A stretch of 32,000 bases of DNA from Corynebacterium amycolatum. Its GTDB lineage: Bacteria; Actinomycetota; Actinomycetes; Mycobacteriales; Mycobacteriaceae. The stretch is taken from the NCBI RefSeq assembly GCF_049243625.1, contig NZ_CP046975.1; one strand, given 5' to 3'. Positions within the stretch are counted from its first letter, which is position 1; every line of letters starts with the position of its first letter. This document shows, piece after piece, positions 10,347-17,174 of the stretch. The notes beneath the pieces were generated by a model. It made no database searches. It was not told where the DNA came from and worked only from the letters and a program-made list of their open reading frames with translations. Position numbers and translations under genes: made by a program.

Positions 10347-11995
10347 GACAGGGCCTCCGTCAGCGGACCTAGGACGAGGGTTGGTAGGAAGGTCAGGGCG
10401 CTGACGATGATTGCGATGGCAACGGTCAGGCCGACAAACTGCGGTCGGTGAGTTGGCAGGGTGCCAGCGGTCTCGGCGGCTGGTCGCTGCTTGGCGAAGT
10501 CACCAGCCAGACCCAGCACCATGGCAATTGGAAGAAAGCGACCAAACAGCATGGCGAAACCGAGGCTCATGTTGAACCACGGGGTATCGGCACCGAAGCC
10601 CGCGAATGCCGAACCATTGTTGTTGGACGCACTGGTGAAGGCGTAGATCAGGTCGGAGAAACCGTGCGGTCCGTCAGCGGACACGGAGTCCAGCGTCGAC
10701 GGCAGCATGGTGGAGATACCGACACCTGCCAGCACCAGCACTGGCATGACCAGGACGTAAAGGCAAACCTTGGTGATTTCCGAAACACCAATGCGCTTGC
10801 CCAGGTATTCCGGGGTACGGCCGACCATCAGGCCGGCGATGAATACGGTCAGGATGGCGATGATGAGCATGCCGTAGAGACCGGAGCCCACACCACCAGG
10901 GCTGATCTCGCCCAGCAGCATGTTCAGCATGAGCATGCCGCCTGCCAGTGGTGAGTAGCTGGAGTGGAAGCTGTCCACCGCGCCTGTCGACGTCATGGTG
11001 GTGGTCACCGCAAAGAAGGAACTCGGCAGCACGCCAAAGCGCATTTCCTTGCCCTCCATGCCGCCACCTTGGAAGGTCTGCAGCGCAGTCTCGCTGGACA
11101 TAACGACAGCCAGAGAGATGAAGTAGAGCACCGCCATGGTGGACAGAATTGCCCAGCCCTGGCGCTTGTCACCGATGATGACACCGAATGCCCTGGTCAA
11201 CGAGACCGGAATCAACAGGATAAGGAAGATTTCCAGCATGTTGGTCCACGCATTCGGGTTTTCAAATGGATGCGCGGAGTTGGCGTTGAAGTAGCCACCG
11301 CCGTTGGTGCCCAATTCCTTGATGACCTCCTGCGATGCCACGGCACCGCTCGGGATAGTCTGGCTGCCGCCGGTGACAGTCTGGATAGTCTGTGGGGCCG
11401 AGAAATTCTGGATGGCACCCTGCGAAATCAGCAGAATTGCACCAATAGCGGCGATGGGCAGCAGCACTCGCAGGACGGTACGAGTCAGATCTACCCAGAA
11501 GTTGCCGATGTTGCCGTCACCGTGACGGTTGGCCAGGCCTCGGACCAGCGCCACCGCCACTGCAATACCGACTGCGGCGGAGACGAAGTTCTGAACTGCC
11601 AGGCCAGCCATCTGGGTTAGCACTGTCATGGCTTCTTCACCGGAGTAGGACTGCCAGTTGGTGTTGGTGGTAAACGACACCGCGGTGTTCCACGCCTGGT
11701 CCGGAGAAACTGGGCCCTTGCCGTGGTTGAGCGGTAGCCACTGCTGCACTCGCTGCAGCAGGTAGACGAAGATGACGCTGACAGCGGAGAAGCTCAACAC
11801 ACTGGCGGTGTACTTTGTCCAGTGCTGGTTGGCCTCTGGGCGCACACCGATGGCGCGGTAGAAACCGCGCTCAACACCCAAGTGTTTATCAGTGGTGAAT
11901 ACCCGCCCCATGTAATTGCCGAGCGGGATGTAAAGGATGGCCAGTGCGGCCATCACGATGATTACCGGGACAAATCCCATAATGACGTTGCTCAC
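10343..11995 (-). CDS. kdpA: Potassium-transporting ATPase subunit KdpA
   Basis: 550-aa polytopic protein with KdpA-typical regions ([28 protein letters not shown]). GTG start overlaps the kdpF stop (GTGA). Confidence 0.96.
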   Translation of the reverse strand: MSNVIMGFVPVIIVMAALAILYIPLGNYMGRVFTTDKHLGVERGFYRAIGVRPEANQHWTKYTASVLSFSAVSVIFVYLLQRVQQWLPLNHGKGPVSPDQAWNTAVSFTTNTNWQSYSGEEAMTVLTQMAGLAVQNFVSAAVGIAVAVALVRGLANRHGDGNIGNFWVDLTRTVLRVLLPIAAIGAILLISQGAIQNFSAPQTIQTVTGGSQTIPSGAVASQEVIKELGTNGGGYFNANSAHPFENPNAWTNMLEIFLILLIPVSLTRAFGVIIGDKRQGWAILSTMAVLYFISLAVVMSSETALQTFQGGGMEGKEMRFGVLPSSFFAVTTTMTSTGAVDSFHSSYSPLAGGMLMLNMLLGEISPGGVGSGLYGMLIIAILTVFIAGLMVGRTPEYLGKRIGVSEITKVCLYVLVMPVLVLAGVGISTMLPSTLDSVSADGPHGFSDLIYAFTSASNNNGSAFAGFGADTPWFNMSLGFAMLFGRFLPIAMVLGLAGDFAKQRPAAETAGTLPTHRPQFVGLTVAIAIIVSALTFLPTLVLGPLTEALS

Positions 11996-12084
11996 GAGAA
12001 TCGCTCCGGATCAATCAGGGCGACCAGGACATAGCCCAATGCCGCCAAACCTAAAATGGCGCCGACGATCAATTCCCACGTCAT
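11992..12084 (-). CDS. kdpF: Potassium-transporting ATPase subunit KdpF (30-aa single-TM peptide)
   Basis: [30 protein letters not shown]. Size, hydrophobic helix and the coupled position directly upstream of kdpA fit KdpF. Purine-rich AAGGCGGTGAAG lies upstream of ATG 12084. Confidence 0.8.
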   Translation of the reverse strand: MTWELIVGAILGLAALGYVLVALIDPERFS

Positions 12085-12167
12085 AGTTTCTTCACCGCCT
12101 TTGCGCAGCCCTGCAGTAGCAGGAAGGCCGCAATGGTGAGTAGAAGAAGCAAAATGTCTACGAACAT
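12081..12167 (-). CDS. Candidate 28-aa hydrophobic micropeptide ORF, stop overlapping the kdpF start (ATGA)
   Basis: ATG 12167 .. TGA 12081 encodes MFVDILLLLLTIAAFLLLQGCAKAVKKL, one predicted TM helix plus a basic tail. No convincing SD. A TATAAC hexamer ends 4 nt before the ATG, so a leaderless start is possible. Speculative. Confidence 0.3.
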   Translation of the reverse strand: MFVDILLLLLTIAAFLLLQGCAKAVKKL

Positions 12168-12360
12168 GACAGTTATAAAACACCCATACCTACTGCGGCG
12201 GGCACCTATTAACGCTTTTTTAACACCCGACTGAACTGGGGTTATGCGCTTAGAGATGCGCGAATGCACTTCTGATTAAGAAAGTGCCAATGCAGGTACG
12301 CGGCGAATTAATACCAGCTTCGGGGCTGAGTGGACTGAGCAGGCGCACTGGTGTTGCCGA

Positions 12361-12526
12361 CTTATCGATGGTTTTCCGTGACCTGTCGATGACTTCCCTT
12401 GTCTTATCGATGGTTTTCCGCCACTTATGCGCACGTTGTGGGGTCTACCTGAGCACTTGTCGATGCGTTATTCACTGATGGCCACGCTATAGCGCATCGA
12501 CAGGTGAATAGCTCATCGACAAGTGG
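12361..12526. repeat. Phased array of CYTRTCGATG 10-mers (5 direct incl. one degenerate, 2 inverted), including an 18-nt perfect direct repeat
   Basis: Direct copies at 12361 CTTATCGATG, 12382 CCTGTCGATG, 12403 CTTATCGATG, 12424 CTTATGCGCA (degenerate) and 12456 CTTGTCGATG. Inverted copies at 12495 CATCGACAGG and 12514 CATCGACAAG. CTTATCGATGGTTTTCCG is identical at 12361-12378 and 12403-12420. Spacings are 21, 21, 21 and 32 bp. Confidence 0.85.
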
Positions 12527-12527
12527 C

Positions 12528-12592
12528 CGACCGCCCCTGCCCCTCGCCGCCCCTGCCCTCGCCGGCCCCGTCCCCGCCGTCTCCGCCCCAGC
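12528..12592. repeat. Low-complexity C-run tract (G-runs on the - strand), imperfect CCCCTGCCC(C)TCGCCG repeats
   Basis: CGACCGCCCCTGCCCCTCGCCGCCCCTGCCCTCGCCGGCCCCGTCCCCGCCGTCTCCGCCCCAG. At least six runs of three or more C within about 65 nt. Confidence 0.8.
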
Positions 12593-12645
12593 CGGACCAC
12601 GCGCTACCCGAAGGTTTTTGGACACGGAGCATAGGCGCGAAGCAT

Positions 12646-12688
12646 AAAAAAAACCGGGCACCACACTTCCTGCGTGATACCCGGTTTT
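12646..12688 (-). terminator. Rho-independent terminator downstream of the DUF1541 lipoprotein gene
   Basis: On the - strand: AACCGGGTA..(loop)..TGCCCGGTT (9 bp, one G-U) followed by T8. On the + strand it reads A8-hairpin-TTTT, so it is formally bidirectional. Confidence 0.8.
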
Positions 12689-12760
12689 AATGGATTGAGT
12701 TAGGCCGAAGCAACCGGCCCGAAGCAACCAACCTAGAAGTGGCTGACTAAGCCTGACTAG

Positions 12761-13438
12761 TTAGTCCTCCGGTGCGAGCTCGCTTTCGGTAACCCACTTG
12801 TGGTTCTTCATGGTCATGCCGTCTTCGTCGATATCAACCATGTAGACCGGCTCCTGGGTGGAGTAATCAACAGTGCCCTTGGCGCCCTTCATGCCCGCCA
12901 TGTGCTCGGCATTGATGGTGATCTCGGAGCCGTCGGCAAGCGGAGCCTCACCTGGGTTCTCCAGCTCCTCATGAACAACCCAACGGTGATCCTTCACCGG
13001 TTCACTGCCATCGGTCGGAGTGTAGGACACGGAGTACGTGGTGGTGTTGAAAACACCAACAACCTTGCCTTCTGCACCCTTCATGCCCGGCATATGATCA
13101 GCCAGAACCTTCACTTCACTGCCGACCGGAAACTTCGCGTTGTCAGCCGGAGCCATTCCCTCGGGAGCCGGACCGCCATCGGCCGGGTGATCATGGCCAG
13201 CCATTGCATCGTCATCATGGTCGCCGTGCTCACCGTGGCCATCGGCATCGTCCATGTCATCCATGTCGCCCGTGTCCTCAGAGCTGGTTGCCGTTGCCGA
13301 CGAGCTGGTCTCGCTAACAGTGCTGCTTGCTTCGGTATTAGTCGAATCGTCGGAGGAGCAACCGGCCAGCGCAAGCACGCTGGCGGCACCTGCGGCTACA
13401 AGCGCATTAAGTGGTCGGATATTCTTTGCCATGGTCAA
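12761..13438 (-). CDS. CopL/YdhK-family lipoprotein with tandem DUF1541 domains and a His/Asp/Met-rich linker (putative extracytoplasmic copper/metal-binding protein)
   Basis: Signal peptide with lipobox LALAGC (Cys27). Ser/Thr-rich tether. Acidic/His segment DMDDMDDADGHGEHGDHDDDAMAGHDHPADG. Two internal repeats carrying the HM.GMKGA..G motif and ..HRWV/HKWV..EL (aa ~103-158 and ~170-222). Strong RBS AAAGGAG 7 nt before the ATG. Confidence 0.75.
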   Translation of the reverse strand: MTMAKNIRPLNALVAAGAASVLALAGCSSDDSTNTEASSTVSETSSSATATSSEDTGDMDDMDDADGHGEHGDHDDDAMAGHDHPADGGPAPEGMAPADNAKFPVGSEVKVLADHMPGMKGAEGKVVGVFNTTTYSVSYTPTDGSEPVKDHRWVVHEELENPGEAPLADGSEITINAEHMAGMKGAKGTVDYSTQEPVYMVDIDEDGMTMKNHKWVTESELAPED

Positions 13439-13508
13439 GCTCCTTTGTTGTTGATGTCAATCAATCTATGCCCTCACCCTACCGACGCTTCTCTAACGCC
13501 ACCAGGAC

Positions 13509-14993
13509 TTATCGCCCTCGGCGGACGGAAATCGTCCAACCAGCCTCGCCGGTCTGCTCGAAGTTGGTGACCTCGTGGCCATCCTTCGCAGCCCAGCGCG
13601 GAATCGCATCCGTGGCCTGGGTGCAGTCGAATGGAATCACCAGCTCCTCGCCGACCTCAATCTTGTTGATTGCATCCTTGGCCTCGATCAACGGGAATGG
13701 GCACACCGCGCCGACGGTGTCGAGCTCGTATCGCCCATCGCCCAGCGGCTTTAGCTTGCCGTCTTCCTGCTTGACGACGCTCCGGTCGAGCAACGCCACC
13801 GGAGCGACAGCAAAGGCACCCGCCAGCGGGGAGGCCTCGGCGCCAGCGGCACCGACACCGTCGCTGCTCGGCAGGGACACAGGAGAAGTAGCAGCCGAAG
13901 CGACCGGAGCCGCTGCCGATACCGCCGTGTCGTTGGTGGTGGAAGAGGTGCTCGGGACGTCGTTAAGCGAAGGTGCGGACGGCTTCAGCCAAAGCTTGGC
14001 GGCGATAGCGACACCTGCGGCGATGGACGCCAGCGCAAGCCAACCCTGGTAGCTGAACAGCGAGGTCTGAACCATGCCGTTGCCGACGGTGCAGCCGCCG
14101 GCCCACGCAGCGCCAACACCCATGAAGATGCCGCCGACGACGGAGCGAGCGCCCTGCGTAGCGTCCGGGACGCGGAGACGGAATTCGCCGGATGCCTTGG
14201 CGGCGATGAAGGAACCGACGAGGATGCCGAGGACGAGGAGGACGCCCCAGTCGAAACGCTCGGTGTCACCAGTGACAACGTAGTTAGCGAGGTTGGAGGA
14301 CGGAGTGGTGATGCCGAGGCCATCGTTGCGGCCGGTGGCGGCGGACAGCGGCCATGCAATCACGCCCAGTACACCGACGATGGCGGCGGTGGCGTACACG
14401 TGCCAGGGCTTCTCAGCCAGGATGTGCGCGAGACCGGACTTACGCGGTGCCAGAGTTACCGGGCGCGGGCCGGAGAATTCTTCGCGCAGGAAGCGGACGG
14501 CGAAGTATGCCGTGACGGCGCTCAGCGCGATGACCAGTGGCCAAATGCTAATGCCGAGAGAGGCATGAATGCTGGTCAGGCCGACGGTGCGGTCCTTCAG
14601 GGAATTCTGCAGGCCATTGAGGAAGCCAGTCTTCATAGCAGCAGCGGATAGGGCGTAAAAGACCAGTGCGATCCAAGAGCCGATCAGGCCCTCACCCGAG
14701 CGGTACCAGGTACCCGAGGCACAGCCACCGGCCAGGACGATACCCAGCCCGAAGATAACACCACCGACGATAACGGCCACCGGTGCCAGTTCGTTGTATT
14801 CGGGAGTAATCACGCCGGCGCTGGTCAGTGCGGCCAGGCCGATGGCGTGGAAGGAAATAACAATCAGTAGCGCGACGAAGCCGCGCCAGCTGCGCTGAGT
14901 AAAGATATCGCGCAGGAAGCCGGTGACGCAGAAGCGTCCTCGCTGCATAACAAAGCCGAGCACGGCGCCCAGCGCTAGTCCTGAGATGAGCAT
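13509..14993 (-). CDS. YeeE/YedE family sulfur-compound (thiosulfate, TsuA-like) transporter fused to a C-terminal TusA/YeeD (SirA-like) sulfurtransferase domain
   Basis: Conserved Cys motifs FVMQRGRFCVTG, AGGCASGTWYR and AGGCTVGNGM. Ala/Ser/Thr/Pro-rich linker, then a TusA fold signature (GAVCPFPLIEAKDAI..). ATG 14993 (AGGAG upstream; aligns with the N-terminus of E. coli YeeE as I recall it) is preferred. The ORF is open to ATG 15032 as an alternative start. Confidence 0.85.
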   Translation of the reverse strand: MLISGLALGAVLGFVMQRGRFCVTGFLRDIFTQRSWRGFVALLIVISFHAIGLAALTSAGVITPEYNELAPVAVIVGGVIFGLGIVLAGGCASGTWYRSGEGLIGSWIALVFYALSAAAMKTGFLNGLQNSLKDRTVGLTSIHASLGISIWPLVIALSAVTAYFAVRFLREEFSGPRPVTLAPRKSGLAHILAEKPWHVYATAAIVGVLGVIAWPLSAATGRNDGLGITTPSSNLANYVVTGDTERFDWGVLLVLGILVGSFIAAKASGEFRLRVPDATQGARSVVGGIFMGVGAAWAGGCTVGNGMVQTSLFSYQGWLALASIAAGVAIAAKLWLKPSAPSLNDVPSTSSTTNDTAVSAAAPVASAATSPVSLPSSDGVGAAGAEASPLAGAFAVAPVALLDRSVVKQEDGKLKPLGDGRYELDTVGAVCPFPLIEAKDAINKIEVGEELVIPFDCTQATDAIPRWAAKDGHEVTNFEQTGEAGWTISVRRGR

Positions 14994-15197
14994 GAAAGTA
15001 GTTCTCCTAAGTTTTGTGGACAAGCCCGCCATTTAAACCTTTATGAACAGACCTGTCTATTCGTGGGTTAGAAACTACTTCAATCACCGAAGAAAGTCCA
15101 ACTTAACGGCGTTTTCGCAGAGCAGAGCACTTATCAATAGACAGACCGAACCGTATAGTTGCTGGTGATAAACGCAAGTTGTGGCAAGCTAAACACT

Positions 15198-16208
15198 ATG
15201 AGCGCACAGAATTCAGCCCTGGCTGGGCACCAGCGGCTCCTTGCGATGCGCTCGATACTCGACCTGCCCTTTGCACACGCTTTCACCCTTGCCCCACAAC
15301 TGGTCATTGACATCTCCGGCGTCGCCCGTCTCAGCGAGCTCAACGCCAAAAATGTCGCAATAGTCGACAGCTTGCGTTCACTCGCCCACACCAACGTGCA
15401 GGACTTTTATGCCATCGATGACGCGGCAGAAGCTCTAGGTACCGCCTTGCGAATGGCGATTTCCTCCCGACAGCTACTCTGGTTAAGCTCACTGTCCCAC
15501 AGCGACGTGGAGAGGGTACGAAACATCCTCGGCGGCGACATCGTTCATGTGGTGGGCGAGGCACTGGCCGTCGATAAGCTCGATGACGATGTCCTGGAGC
15601 TTCCCGATGCCATGAAGCAACGCGGAGAACCACTGGTGCCCATCGCCATTTCGCCGACCGAGCTGGTGCAGACCTGGGCCCACGGTACGCGCGAGCAGCA
15701 AAAACTGCTGACGTACCTGATGGAGGGTACGAATACGCTGGTCATGCAGCACAAGAACCTGCATGCACTACGCAAAGTCGGAACCAAACTCATAGAGCGC
15801 AACCCCGTGTGGCGCCTGCTCTATAACCCGAAAGTGCTCGCGTATCTGGTGGTGATGGTTTACTCTTCGCTCCGCGCGCTACCTGTGGTTTTTGTCCCCG
15901 GATTCCACGGCAATGTCTGGGTGCTGTGGAGCATCGACATCATTACCGCTATCCCCTACACCTGGGGAATTGTCGAGATGATCACCGGCCGCTCATTCGG
16001 CCGAAGAATGCTGGGGCTCCTGATCACTCTAGTGACTTTCGTCTCGCCCTACGTCTACTTCTGGGCCAACGGGCGCGATTATCCGGTGTGGGTCACCATC
16101 TTTGTCATCGCGCTGATTGTCGCGGCGTGCGCCGTTGAATACGTTCGCTGGCTGCGCGACCGAGTCATCTATGAAATCCTGCGAAAACCACCCACCAGCG
16201 GCGGCTAG
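15198..16208 (+). CDS. Hypothetical membrane protein (soluble N-terminal ~210 aa, then 3-4 TM helices)
   Basis: ORF with GC-rich third codon positions like its neighbours. ATG 15198 preferred over TTG 15159. C-terminal hydrophobic segments (VLAYLVVMVYSSL.., VWVLWSIDIITAIPYTWGIV, MLGLLITLVTFVSPYVYFW, VWVTIFVIALIVAACAV). I recognise no family. Confidence 0.6.
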   Translation: MSAQNSALAGHQRLLAMRSILDLPFAHAFTLAPQLVIDISGVARLSELNAKNVAIVDSLRSLAHTNVQDFYAIDDAAEALGTALRMAISSRQLLWLSSLSHSDVERVRNILGGDIVHVVGEALAVDKLDDDVLELPDAMKQRGEPLVPIAISPTELVQTWAHGTREQQKLLTYLMEGTNTLVMQHKNLHALRKVGTKLIERNPVWRLLYNPKVLAYLVVMVYSSLRALPVVFVPGFHGNVWVLWSIDIITAIPYTWGIVEMITGRSFGRRMLGLLITLVTFVSPYVYFWANGRDYPVWVTIFVIALIVAACAVEYVRWLRDRVIYEILRKPPTSGG

Positions 16209-17032
16209 CGACCGCTGAGCGAGCGCCGCACTCCCCCAATAATCAGCCAGGCACCGGCGGCAACGTTCACAGCCACAAGCCCGTGAACTGCTGTACTGCT
16301 TAACGACGCTGCCGTCGTCTCACCTGCGATGAGAGTACCGGTCGAGATAATCCAGATGAACGTTGCGGCAATGTTGGCAATCCTGCCGCGTTCCACGCGG
16401 AATGGATGCGTGTAGTGCAGCGGCACCAGCGTCATTGCGCTGAAGATAAAGATTGCAGCGATGCACACCGCCATGGGCGCGTTCCATACCCACAGCAAAA
16501 CCGCCACGATGTTCCACGCGGCGGGGAAACCAACGAAGTAGTAGTCGCCGGACTTGGCGGCTTCGTTGGCATAGCAGAACATCGATGACACCAGCACCAG
16601 GATTATCAGGGAAATTGCCAATGGACGTGGCCCCAGCGGCAGGTACATGACCATGAAAGCTGCGGGAATGGCGGTCCAGGTGAGATAGTCGACGATGTTG
16701 TCCACCACTGCGCCGTTAAACCACGGGACGACTTCCTTGATGTGATGTTTACGCGCCATATTGCCGTCGACACCATCGACGACAAGGGCAATGCCCAACC
16801 AGAGCCACATCCAATGTGGGCGACTCTCCAGCAGTGCGACCACAGCCAGCGTCGCCCACACCAAACCTGTCAGTGTGAAGGCATGCACCGCCCAAGCGAT
16901 GACATGCTGACGCCGGGTGAAGCGGGTGAAGGTCGCAGCGGTGATGGCAGCATCGGTGTTGGCAGTCGAGACAGCAGCGGAATTATCGGCAACAGCGGAA
17001 CTGGCATTGTCGGAGCGGATAGTAGCGTTCAC
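16205..17032 (-). CDS. pcs: CDP-alcohol phosphatidyltransferase, phosphatidylcholine synthase-like (Pcs)
   Basis: Motif DGNMAR-x12-G-AVV-D-NIV-D, i.e. DGxxAR(x12)GxxxDxxxD. The 12-residue spacing is the Pcs variant of the usual x8 motif. Polytopic, ~275 aa. Further regions resemble rhizobial Pcs as I recall it (YYFVGFPAAWN, LVPLHYTHPFRV). GTG start with AAAGGA RBS. Confidence 0.7.
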   Translation of the reverse strand: MNATIRSDNASSAVADNSAAVSTANTDAAITAATFTRFTRRQHVIAWAVHAFTLTGLVWATLAVVALLESRPHWMWLWLGIALVVDGVDGNMARKHHIKEVVPWFNGAVVDNIVDYLTWTAIPAAFMVMYLPLGPRPLAISLIILVLVSSMFCYANEAAKSGDYYFVGFPAAWNIVAVLLWVWNAPMAVCIAAIFIFSAMTLVPLHYTHPFRVERGRIANIAATFIWIISTGTLIAGETTAASLSSTAVHGLVAVNVAAGAWLIIGGVRRSLSGR

Positions 17033-17049
17033 GGCAGATGTCCTTTAGA

Positions 17050-17094
17050 GAACAAAATGCGCACAACTGCAAACCTTTATCGCAGTTGTGCGCA
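17050..17094 (-). terminator. Rho-independent terminator after betB, immediately upstream of the pcs RBS
   Basis: 13-bp perfect stem TGCGCACAACTGC (17058-17070) / GCAGTTGTGCGCA (17082-17094) with an 11-nt loop. Followed on the - strand by TTTTGTT. Confidence 0.75.
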
Positions 17095-17174
17095 GAGTCG
17101 ATTTTTTCAATCGGTGAGTATAACGGCCGATGGGTCGTTTTCCCGTATTTTTGCTCGGGCTTGTGCCGAGTTAT

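Noticed and set aside
7512-10451. Several 190-320-aa + strand ORFs inside the kdp locus
   Set aside because: All are antisense to kdpC/kdpB/kdpA, which carry diagnostic motifs. Their composition is typical of GC-rich shadow frames.
12168-12360. Possible c-di-AMP (ydaO-type) or other riboswitch in the kdp leader
   Set aside because: I could not recognise the conserved pseudo-symmetric ydaO core or any other riboswitch consensus by eye. A covariance-model scan (Rfam/Infernal) would be needed to exclude it properly.
12361-12420. Possible CRISPR array (18-nt perfect direct repeat with a 24-nt spacer)
   Set aside because: Only two full copies, repeats too short, the spacer itself contains the same core motif, and no cas genes are present. 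Interpreted as a binding-site array instead.
12284-12478. 64-aa + strand ORF with repeated LSMVFR peptides
   Set aside because: The peptide repeats simply reflect translation of the CYTRTCGATG DNA array. There is no RBS and the codon usage is atypical, so this is more parsimoniously non-coding.
12425-12727. 100-aa - strand ORF
   Set aside because: Runs through the terminator hairpin and the G-run low-complexity tract, giving an Ala/Gly/Arg-rich artefactual product.
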